Origin: Epiperipatus broadwayi
Lineage: Eukaryota > Animalia > Onychophora
NCBI GenBank assembly: GCA_028023455.1
Contig: JAQFVV010000009.1
Span: 17,174,001-17,238,000 of the forward strand
Reading direction: 5' to 3'
DNA length: 64,000 bases
Position numbers and translations under genes: made by a program. Below the pieces are notes generated by a model. It did no database searches. It saw only the letters and a program-made list of their open reading frames with translations, and was not told where the DNA came from. Shown here piece by piece: positions 53,016-64,000 of the stretch (positions are counted from its first letter, which is position 1; each line of letters opens with the position of its first letter).

Positions 53016-53149
53016 GGTGCTGCAGTTTATGAAGTAAGCTTAAGTTACAATGTAATCTAATAAAAGATCAACTTCATATAAAAATCAATTATAACATGCA
53101 AAAAACAATCTATTTTAATTAGAGATGTGATAGTTATTTAAAACAAATA

Positions 53150-56100
53150 ACCACAGAAATAAAATAAAAATAACACTCGAAAAAAGAAAAAACAAAACCC
53201 CAGCCAAGTAATATGGCTACTCTCCTTGAAAGCATGTGGAAAGACATTAATTCATAGGCAGATATAACAAAAAAATTTAGCCAAACAAGGATAATCAATA
53301 TCAAAACTGATACAAATATGAAAAGCAAAACAAATGACAATCAGAGATTCCACCAATCTACCTACTATGACGGATATGATCAATTTGGATCTTTTCGCTG
53401 AAACAGAAAAACTAAAAACCTCACAGGATAAACAAGAATGGACAAACGAAAATATAGAAAAAAATATCCAAAATGTTCAACTCTACAATACCAAAAGAGA
53501 AAAGTTTTTCATGAATACATCATTAGTATTGGCTTACTCTACAGGTTTCCAAAAGAATTACTATTTGATCTTTTGAATAAAATACAGCAATGGTAAAACA
53601 TAATAAGGATAGCAGATCATCCAAATCCAAAATATATTATAACAGAATTTAAAAGTGAAGAGTTAAGAAACTCATTAAAAACGAAATAAAAATATTAGAT
53701 AAATTTGCACTTCTTTCAGTTAATACACATAGAGACAATATTGTAAATGGAATTCTAAAAAATGCATATCTTAATTATAACAAAGAAGATTTTAAAAAAT
53801 TAATACAGCCATTCTAAGAGACAACAGAATTCACACCCATGCCACTAAATAACACTCCAGTGCCAATTTATGCAAATAGCTACATGATCAAAGTATGACT
53901 TCATAAAAACATCGAACTTAATGATATCCATTGTAAATAACTGATCAGGAGGCCACACTTAATTTAAAATAAAAAGAAATAGGCCTCAATGTTATCACTG
54001 CAAAGAAAGAGGATACCTATTAAACAACTACCCTAAATTGCAATGTGATCAATGTAAAATGAAAAAACTCCAATACATAAATGCAATAACATTCCAATTA
54101 AAAACAAGACAGAAGAAATCGCAATTGTAAATAAAGAAAAACTAGCAATTAGTGAGGATAAACATAAAAGTAATCTTAAAAAAAAGCCTTCGGATATTAA
54201 ACCCAAAACACTACAATCAATTGATAATGAAGAAAAACGAAAAACAAGTGATGATTCAAGTTTGCAAAAACCACAACATTCTCAACAAAACATTCTCTGG
54301 AATAATGGAAGAAATCACCCATGTGATATCAGTAAGAAAAAAGGGAACACATTTATGCAAAACAAAACCTGGACAACCTCCTGCCAGAAAGAAAAAGGGG
54401 AGAAAACTAACATTACAAGATAACGAAAATAATGAAAATGAAATTAATTCACAGATATCAGAGTCAAACAAAAATATATAAAAAAAAACCAACTTATTGA
54501 TGATACAGACTCAGACATTCGACATTTAGAACAAGAAGAACAAAGTATCACGGAACAGGTAAATAAGACATATATTTGTAATCAAATAAAATAGACAAAG
54601 TAATTTTAGATAAAATATAAATCTTTTTGCCTTTAAATATACTAGATATAGATAAAATATATAAAAAAAGTTAAAGATAAAAATATCTGTTTAATTTAAT
54701 AAAATCTGTTTCAATATTAAAAAGTAATACATATAAATATGATAATTAAAATAACAGGATTTAATGTCAGATGCACGAATTAAAAAAAAACCGATAAATA
54801 TGCTTTATAAATGGTACATCATCATCAATCTACATATCTTGGATTTAACCAAAACAATTTCCAGTGATTCCAAAATTCATCCCTTAGATCATCTTAATAA
54901 ATTAGGGTTTGTATCCTTCTCTAAATCATTAAACGTGCCATCAGCAGGCAATGGCCTGATCATTAACAAATTATGCCCCCTAAATGCTTTCAAAATCCTC
55001 TACATGGATGCTTATTTTTTGATGGTCACTAACATACAAAGTAATAACACTCATAATATATGTTTATATACCTCCAGGTCCCACAATAATCAACAGGTTA
55101 ATTACACTATTGAACTCATATTTTGCATTCTCCCCTTTTCCAATATTACTAGATGACTTTAACATGACATATGTAAAATTTATTAAAAAAAATGGATTCA
55201 TATCTTCTCATTCTCACTAATGAGTGGGGAGGGATTTCTTCTAATAAATTCATTCTCATTCAATAATGGTAGACATAAATCTTTGATAGAACTAATATTT
55301 TACTCACTATCTATACATCATTTAATGAATATTAAACTATAAATGCCCTTTTTACAGATCATGCAGCTTTTTTTTTAAATCATCAATTACACATAAATCA
55401 TCAATTTCAAAAATTAATAAAAGCAGGTTATATCATTAGAATACTACTGCCAATAAAAATTACAAAATTATCTTTTATCTGAGATTTATATATATTTAAT
55501 AAAAATAAATATTTTAGAAATGGATCCAATACAAGTATGGATAGCATTTGTAAACATCATTTCACATAGATTAATCAAGTCACCAAAACCACATCACTTC
55601 CAACAAGAATATGGACAAATATACCAAAATATTTATTAACACTCATCTACAGAAGAAAATTCAAACACATTTCTAACACTTAAAAAAATGTATAAAACAA
55701 TATGATAATCCTTAAAAGACTACATAAAGATTTAAAAAAAGGTTTTTTCTCGATAATACACATGCCTGGACAAAAAATTATGTAAGGTAGGCATTGGGTC
55801 AACCATTTAATAATAGAGTTCCAACAGCAATACAAATTCAATCACAAACTGTAAGTGGGCAATACATGTTGGAATCTTTGTATAATTTTTTTTAAGGAAA
55901 GACTTCAAAAAGGAAGCTCCATAAAACTATCAAAAATATATTTGGGTAAGCCAAAGGAGGATATCAGTTTGAACTTGAAGACTTTATCAAAAAGCTTGAA
56001 TCAATACCAGATTCATGCCATACAGAACTAAACCAATATTTGTCTACCTCCATCTTGGCAACTTCCCAGAAAATCTAATGGCAAATATGGCCAATTACTT

Positions 56101-58000
56101 ATTAAAGTCCATATATCAAATATCAAGGTTCATATTCAATATTGCTTGTGTCTTTTCAGAATAGAAAAGAAAAATTAACAAAGCTAACTAACATAAGACC
56201 GATATCTTTGAGTCTATTAGGCATTAAAGTAATTGAATCAATATTAAAGAATAAAATAGAACCATATATTATGCCAACAATTTCAAATACACAATTTGCA
56301 AAAAAAAGATCCTCTATAAAGCAAGTTGCTTTCCTATTTAGAACAGATATAGATTTGGTTAGAAAGAGGAAAAAATGTAGTCCAGTAATTGGTCCAATCA
56401 CATATTCATGCAGCTTTTGATATGATACCAAATGAAAAGTTGTTAAATACACTATGTGAAACCAACATAACAAAAAAATACCATTATGTACTGACAAATC
56501 TAATACTTAACAGGGAAATATGTATAACATTAAATGGTAAAACGACACCTTCAATCTCACCTAAATATTCAATCCCAAAGGATTCACCAATCAGTTCACT
56601 ATTATTTACAATTTACATTAAACATTGCTTAAAACAATAGAAAAAGAAATAGATGGTTTATTTATCCCTGAGTGACAAACAACCATAAAGTGTATTGCAT
56701 GTATGGATGATATCTCAGTCTTTTTATACTCTAAAAACTAAATATCTAAATTACAAAACATATTGGATGACTGTACAAAAAATATAAACTAACTTTTAAC
56801 ATGGAAAAGTCCTGTGCATGGCAAATATACAAAGGTATTTGTCACGACAATCATTTCAAGGGAAGGCCTGCCTCTTTTCTAGGGTTTCCTTTTTACTTAA
56901 GCAATACACAAATGAGAACAACTATACAAAACTGCCTCAATAATAAAATAGAAAATATAATGAATGCACTGTCAAAGGCAAATCTCTCTCTATATCCCAA
57001 AATTTCTAAATCAACATACTAATCATTACCAGAATTACATACTATAGCCCTATCATTTTATTCACAAAAAATTCAATAACCACATTTACTCCTTTGTAGA
57101 AAATGATTATGGGGGCACGCACAATTTCCTTTGGGAGATTAACAAAACATTTACTGCTCAATGGATTACATTTGCATTCACTAAATACATTTAGAATTCA
57201 AAAAACATTAAACACTACTTCATCATCTACAATAAGATTACCATATCTAAAAACAATTATAATCATGACTCCCATTCATAAGCCACTTCCACTTGAGGAA
57301 GACTTAAAGTCAGTTGTAGAACTTTTTGTTAACAATAAAAAGTTAAAATTTCATTCCACCATTTAATAAATTTCAATATTGGGAAGTTCAAAAACTAATT
57401 TTTCCTCATTCACTACAACAGAATGAAGCCATACTAAAACTGACTAACAAACAACTCTGTAAAAGATTCAAAAATTGATCATTTGAACTAAAATACTTTG
57501 ATTTCCTATTAAAACTGAACCTAAAAGCACTCCCCACAAAGTATTTCATTAAGCATAAAAGACATATTCAGAACATAGAAGAAATACGCAATTTATGTCA
57601 TAGAAAAGAAGAAACTCTAAAAACATATTTTTTTTATTGTCCTGTGTTTGAAAAATTCAATTTGATGATCCTAAACTTATACAGAAAGGAAAAATATAAA
57701 GTTAATGACATTATTACAAAATTTTAATATAGGTCATTTTGCAAAATACAGGCAGCCACATTCATTCTGTATGCATTGTGGTGCACATCTCTCTATAATG
57801 AAAACTATGGAAGGCACACTAGTGCATTTATCAATAAATTAGAATTTATAAGACAAAAATATTACAAGATAATGGATAATAAAAACTACATTGAAACTTA
57901 ATCATTTCAAATTTATAACAAGATAAGAGAAGGGTATAAATAATAACAATGTTCCCCACGATTAAAAAGGAGAATAGGAGGGGAAAGACTTGATAAAAAT
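53150..58000 (+). mobile_element. Near full-length degenerate L1/Tx1-type LINE
   Basis: ORF1 from ~53334 with zinc knuckle QCYHCKERGYL...CDQC (~53990). ORF2 APE motifs FNVRC, DDFN, FTDH. RT LTNIRPISLSLLGIKVIESIL, AAFDMI, PISSLLFTIYI, CMDD, FLGFP. C-terminal C..EETLK..F..CP. Many stops and frameshifts. Confidence 0.85.
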
Positions 58001-58515
58001 AACCATGTTTAATTCTAATATTTTCTCTGTTTACATTAATAAAAACATGATAATGTAACTAAATTCAAATGTAATTCAATGCAAAACAAAGAGAGGAAAA
58101 ATGTAACTCAAATATTAATAAAAGGCTTTTGAAAATCATTTTATTTTAATTATTTAAATTTTCTTCTACATTTATAGAAATATCATGCTTTGCTGCACTT
58201 CTTTAAAAACTGAATTACAAACTTGTTTTCATAAAACAAAAAAAAAAAAAGTCATCTTTAATTTAAGTAAAATTTTCAAAAAATTTTTGTCATATTTAGT
58301 ATATATTAAAAAAAAAAAAAAGTTTGGATTTGAGTTATTCATTGGAATTGATCACATATGGATTAACAAAGAAATCCATCACTAGAAATGAGTATACATT
58401 GCACCATGAACACCAAGAGGACTACCTCAAATAAACACAAATGAAATTACTACATCACATACAAATTTAATACTAATATGCATAAATAAAGCCTTGCTGT
58501 ATTACAAAACTAAGT

Positions 58516-58642
58516 CTGGCTCATTTTTGAGACTTAGATACTGATAAACATACATTATCAGTTATGCCTGGCTCACTTTTGAAACTTAGAGACTGATAAA
58601 CATGCACCATCAGTTATGCATGGCTCATTTTTAAAATTTAGA
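58516..58642 (+). repeat. 52 bp tandem repeat, ~2.5 copies
   Basis: TGGCTCA recurs at 58517, 58569 and 58621. Each full unit contains the hairpin ACTGAT(A)...(T)ATCAGT. Confidence 0.85.
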
Positions 58643-59399
58643 AGCTGTTTAAATATAAATCTAATACAGGTACAAACATTATTGAGATAAAGAACTCTCT
58701 GCATCACGAAAATACTGCTTTCACAAAACAATGATAAACCCCTCCATCCAGCACCAGTACTGAAAATAAAAAAATTAAATATCAACAATTCTCTCATAAA
58801 TTTATTAAACTTAGTTTAGTTGTTTTAACATTTATTTTCAGTATTTATCCATATCTTACTTTGTAATTCTATATATATATTTCCTTTTTCCTAAAACATT
58901 TGTCCTTTTAACAAATTCAACATCATTAATTTAGAAGGTCATCTTATTCATATAAGGATTAAATTTTTATCTTTTTCTTAAGCATTTTCTCTCTTCAATT
59001 TCTATTTTATCATTATCATCTTTTTTTATAGCAGTGTCAAGAATATTAACTTATTTCTCTAGTAGGCGATTGAGGTTCATGATCCAATCAGCAGTGATAT
59101 CTCATGTAGTTAATACAAAATCCACTTCTGGTCAAACAAGTAATTCTTATCCTATTTGAACTAGTTGGATTATCTGTTGACCTTCTTCTTTCTCTTATTT
59201 CTTCATGATAATCTTTCGGGTCTTCCTCATACCATGGTGTAATATTTTTTTTTTTACCCACTGGCATTGGACTGGGGTTCAGATCCCTTTTTAAATGCCT
59301 CTCTTTGTTAGGTTAAATCCCCATTCTGTATCACTATCACTGTTTGCTGCTATCAAAACATTTAACAACTCAGTCACCTGATCTAGTTTTCTAACCAGT

Positions 59400-60560
59400 G
59401 CCAATAAGCACCAGTTTGATATGATATGGAAAAACTATGTCTAACTATTCATATAATCTGAATTTCAGATAGGAGTTCAACGATCAAGGCTCTCAGCTTG
59501 GCTACTTGCCATAGTAAATGCCTCTTCAAGCAATATGACATTTAATCCCCTCTTGATAATTTGCACTTCAATATGAATTTAATAAAGCCAGGGTTTAAAT
59601 TAACCAAAATTTACAGGTTTATTAAACAATGAATCCCACCAGACTTGGGACACACTTTGGAAATGGCTATAAGCAATCACTATTTTAGTTTCTTCAGCTA
59701 ATTTATTTAAACTAAAGAATCTTTCCAGGCTGTTAAGATACTCAGTTGGTGCTGCTTCTACATATCCTGAAAAAATTCAAATTTTTAGGTATTGATTAAC
59801 TATGCCAAGGATGGAATTACATATCTGCACATCAACATTTCCATACTAATATTTTGTTGAATATTTTCGTGTGATACTTGGATCCTCTATAGCCAAGTCT
59901 ACCTTAGATGAGATTTTTTCTCTTTTATATCAAATTCTATTTCTACTAGTCTCTTTGCTATTTCTCCATGCATTTTAACCCAGGGCTTTCATTTTTTATT
60001 TGAATCTTCTCAATCGCTTGAGCCAGGCAATTGATGTCTTCTTTTACTTGTATTAATCCTTGCCTATTCTCTGTTTTTGTTTCTTCTATTATCCCATGCA
60101 ACTCCTCAAATTTCTTGTCCCATTCATCTTTATTCACTTAAATTTTAACATCTATTTCATTAACCTTATTTTCTAACTCTATCAAGTGATTTTCTAATTT
60201 ATTTATTATTTCTTCACTCAATTGTTCTGTTTTTTATTTTCTCTTATTTAATTTTCAATTTGGCTTTTAATATAAGTTCTTCAGTTAAGATTTTATGAAC
60301 TTCATTTTGTTTATCCATCTGACCTTTCAACTCTTCAATTTCTTTTTCCATTTGGTATTTTAGCTCTTCAGATTGTTTCCCCATTTGGCCTTTCATTTCC
60401 TTATTTTGTATTTTAAGATCGTTCAAATCTTCATCTTGTTTTTCCATTTAGCCTTCCATTTCTTTAAACATGCTCATGATCATGTTCATAAATTCAGTCA
60501 CAGTGCCTCGGTTTCACATTTCCAAGCTTACATTTTTGCCTTAGCTCTCATAATTACATA
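59400..60560 (-). mobile_element. Decayed retrotransposon gag-like sequence (coiled coil plus capsid-like region)
   Basis: Coiled coil MEKQDEDLNDLKIQNKEMKGQM..., then EYLNSLERFFSLNKLAEETKIVIAYSHFQSVSQVWW, typical of the Ty3/Gypsy gag pattern (FL..FE.F......W). Confidence 0.55.
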
Positions 60561-61059
60561 GATTATTATTATATAAAAAACAAATATGATAAAGTTAGCT
60601 ATTTCTATAAGAATAAACAAAAAAAGTTTAAATGAATTGCTTTTTTCTTTACTTATTTTGAGCCAGAGTATCAACTCCTCTTGCTAATCTCTAGCCTTTC
60701 TCTATTATTTCCCTATATTTATTTTATTTTCACTGCCTTGTTGTCATTTATTTACTTGTTTGCCTAAAGCAATCCTGCTCATACCACTATCACTGTCTAG
60801 TAATACCTATGGAAGTATTTATTAATTTATTGTTTTCACCATAAAAAATCTCACATTTCTCATTAGACCAAGTACTGTTTGTTACCTTTTAGATTTCACT
60901 AGCTAATTTATTTCTTTAATAAATATTCATGATTTATAAACCTTTAAATCATACAGGTATATAAATAAATTCCGAATAATAAAAAAATATCTTAAAATTA
61001 AACTGGGTTCAATCTCCGTTTGTTTTGAATTAAAATGATCCAGGATAGGCCCCAAAAAT

Positions 61060-62450
61060 AACAGAATCACACACAAAGATAAATAAAATATATAAATTAT
61101 TTTATTCTAAGGGAAATGATCATCAACAGGTGACCGGGTACATGGCAGTGACTATAATAAAAAAATTTAATAATAGCCACAGATAATAATCAGACTAGAT
61201 TATGCAAATCCAGCCATATTTCATGATCATCATCCTCTTTATATTTATAAACTATTATTCTAATGAAATATGAAAATAATATACTTGTGAGTCAAATAAA
61301 AAATTTATGAGATAATAAATTTATTTAATATAATAGAATATAAACAATATAAACTCTTTTATATTTATATGATTAACACAATCAAATATAGAATATATAT
61401 TACAGAAAATATTTTAAATTTAACGTTTATGTTCTATTATATCTCTAAATTTATATCTAATTGGAGAAAAAAAACATCAAGATTTCAATTTTTACTTATA
61501 GAAAATAAGTATTTTGCAAAAAACATTTCTTGTAATACTGTTAAATAAATTATTATTTATTCAGTAAAGAAATTCTAGTAGTTTTACCAAATTTATCTTA
61601 TTTTTGTTTTCTGTTGAGATCAACACTCTTAGACAGTAATACTTATTAAAAATTGAGATCTTTGATCATAACTAAGATATCCTCATAATTTCATTTCTAG
61701 TTTATAAATAATTTAACTAGAATATTTTTTCAGAAATAATAAGTACTTTTTTTTGTAGTTGTACTTTATAATTAAGAAAATCAAAGATATCTAAAATATG
61801 TAAAATATTTTTCTTTGACGGCGATTTCTTCTTGTAATTTTAAGTTGATTTCTAAATTTATTTATTTATTTAATTATTCCAGTTTTGTTATATTCTTGAC
61901 AAATACAATTTGCCATTGGTAATTATACTTAGGCATTATTCAGTACCATTAAGGCATTACCATAGTTCCATGAAAAAAGTCACATTTCCAGAAAGATAAA
62001 AAAACATTCCAATTCAGATTTTACTCTGTTATTAAAAATGTATAAGAATCCAATCATTTTCATAGCTCTAATTTTATAAGCAGTATGAAGAACTGATCTC
62101 TACCAAATTTTATAGCAGATTTAATCCTAATTTTTTTCTTTTGTCTGACAAAAGTCCAAATACCATAGCAACCATTGGAATGTCTGAATTAAGCATTTGT
62201 TCTATTAGTTGTTGTTTTTTTTTTATTGATAATTAATAATTTTGAAAATAATTCATTTTATTTTAAAAATAAACAAAGAAATAACTTTTCATTTCTTACA
62301 AATTATTTTGTTTTAACTTCATATATTATGACTAGCTTTTAAATTTCAATATATAAATAAACTTATTACAAAGATTTTAAAACACATAATAACTTTTTTA
62401 CATTTATTTTTGTTTAAGTCATGCATATGATCTACATAAGAAAGGTTACA
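61060..62450 (+). repeat. Diverged ~1.4 kb direct repeat, copy 2
   Basis: Same colinear blocks as 51640-53015. Confidence 0.85.
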
Positions 62451-64000
62451 ATATGTACAGTGTATATAAATTTACTGGAGAATTCAAATCATTTCAGAAA
62501 TTAATTTCATTTTCAATAATTTGCTCCTTAAAATAATTATTAAATTAAATACAGCACACTTTATTATTAAATAAACAATATCTTAGTCATCAATTCTCTT
62601 TGTTGATTATAATATCTCTCAATCAATTTTTTATTTTGAACTTTGGATTATCAATTAAAATAGTTTTACTTAATCTGAATTACAGTTCTAAAAAGTTAAA
62701 AAAAAACATTGCTTTAAATTATCTGTATAATGATAGACCCCTTGTCAAAAAATATCTTAGCTTCATTTAATATCATAATGTTTAATGGGTTTTTTTTTTT
62801 TGGGGGGGGGGGGGGGGTAACTTAAAAAAAAAAGTTTTAACACTACAAGTTTTATAAAGAAAAAAAAAGTTTTTGATTTAACATATCTATTGTAGATTGA
62901 TTGTAAATCATTAAATGTTAATTAATATTATTTACTTTTAAAAAATTTTAATTGGATTAATTACATCATCAATTCTTCTATTTTTGATCAATCTTATTTC
63001 TGAAGGTATATTTACAATTAAATCTATCCATTTTTCAGATTCCTGATAACAATAAGATATTTGACAGTGAATCCATTAATTTCATCTATTTTAAATGATA
63101 CGGATTTACAAAATCACTTTCTTTGATTGTTAATTCAAGGAATAAATTAATATAGTATATTTTAATTCCATTCTTACTGCATGACTACCATTTCTGGAAT
63201 ATTGTTTTTTTTTAATAGAAAGTAATTCATGATAGAATGAACTTATTATTCAAAACAAAATTAATGCTAATAAATAAAGAAAAATAGTAAAAAAGACAAA
63301 AATTCAGCCTGTTGTTACAATCATCATTCTGTTTATGTGCAGTTTTAGAATACTATTTTTACAATGAAAAGATTGATTGTGCATGTGATTTCATTTGAAA
63401 TTCCTAAAAACTTTTTGTAATTAATATCTAAATGTTATTTTGGATTGTAAAGTTGCAAAAGTGCTTTTAGTTTTCTTATTCAAAGGCACATATCCAAACA
63501 TAATTACTTACTTCCTTTTAGATTTATTTACTGTAATATTGAGATTTTTGATTTGTAATAAATAAAAAAATAATAATAGCATAAAATTGAATATCCTTTT
63601 ATAGAATAGCAGTCAAATTTTAATCTCCATAATGTTATGAGAAATATTCATGAAAATATTAATGATGGGTAATCTCTTCAAGTAATTTTCTAACCTAATA
63701 TGAATAGAGTAAAAGACAATGTATGTAAATTAATTTTCTCAAAATATTGATTGTGAATATTTCATGACATAGTAAATATATTATTTTTTTCTTCTTGTTT
63801 TCCAAATTCCAATGTCTTGTAAATTTTATCCCAAATCAATACTCAAGAAGCAAGTAAGAGAGAGCTTCAGAGATGAGTGATGGATCCTATTAAAGACAAA
63901 AAATTTACATTGAATAGAAATTTTAGGCATACAATAAGTTTCAAAATTAGCATATTCTACTTATTAAAAGTGAGTTTGTTCATCTTTGCACTTTATGTAT

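Noticed and set aside
53334-57366. The many 60-130 aa ORFs as independent genes
   Set aside because: They are consecutive frameshifted pieces of one decayed LINE or their antisense shadows; the same applies to ORFs at 7919-9244 and 31528-35521.
58670-58760. Minus-strand peptide TGAGWRGLSLFCESSIFVMQRVL with GW..L and RVL spaced as in an ankyrin repeat, as an upstream ASZ1 exon
   Set aside because: Lacks the TPL/AA core, has no convincing donor, and abuts a tandem repeat; probably chance.

Overview
AT-rich eukaryotic (probably invertebrate animal) genomic DNA. Five spliced exons of an ASZ1/GASZ-like gene (ankyrin repeats plus SAM domain; piRNA pathway) lie on the minus strand at 49233-49344, 39561-39695, 21651-21727, 20095-20233 and 14201-14316. 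All have AG/GT borders and compatible phases. The 5' exons and C-terminal exons were not found. The introns and flanks are packed with decayed mobile elements: two Penelope-like (RT/GIY-YIG) remnants, several Ty3/Gypsy remnants (one with both LTRs), a near full-length degenerate L1/Tx1-type LINE, RTE and other LINE scraps, hAT and TA-flanked MITEs, and a TIR element carrying a minisatellite. The most striking signal is a non-coding 456-466 bp repeat that carries a minimal type I hammerhead ribozyme (CUGANGA...GAAA-CUAG-UC). It sits at four loci as tandem plus head-to-head inverted arrays, like a non-LTR retrozyme or Penelope pseudo-LTR. A second, older ~420 bp family with its own hammerhead-like motif shows the same architecture. 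Most short ORFs in the supplied track are TE fragments or spurious. All alignments were done by eye, so element boundaries are approximate unless termini are quoted.
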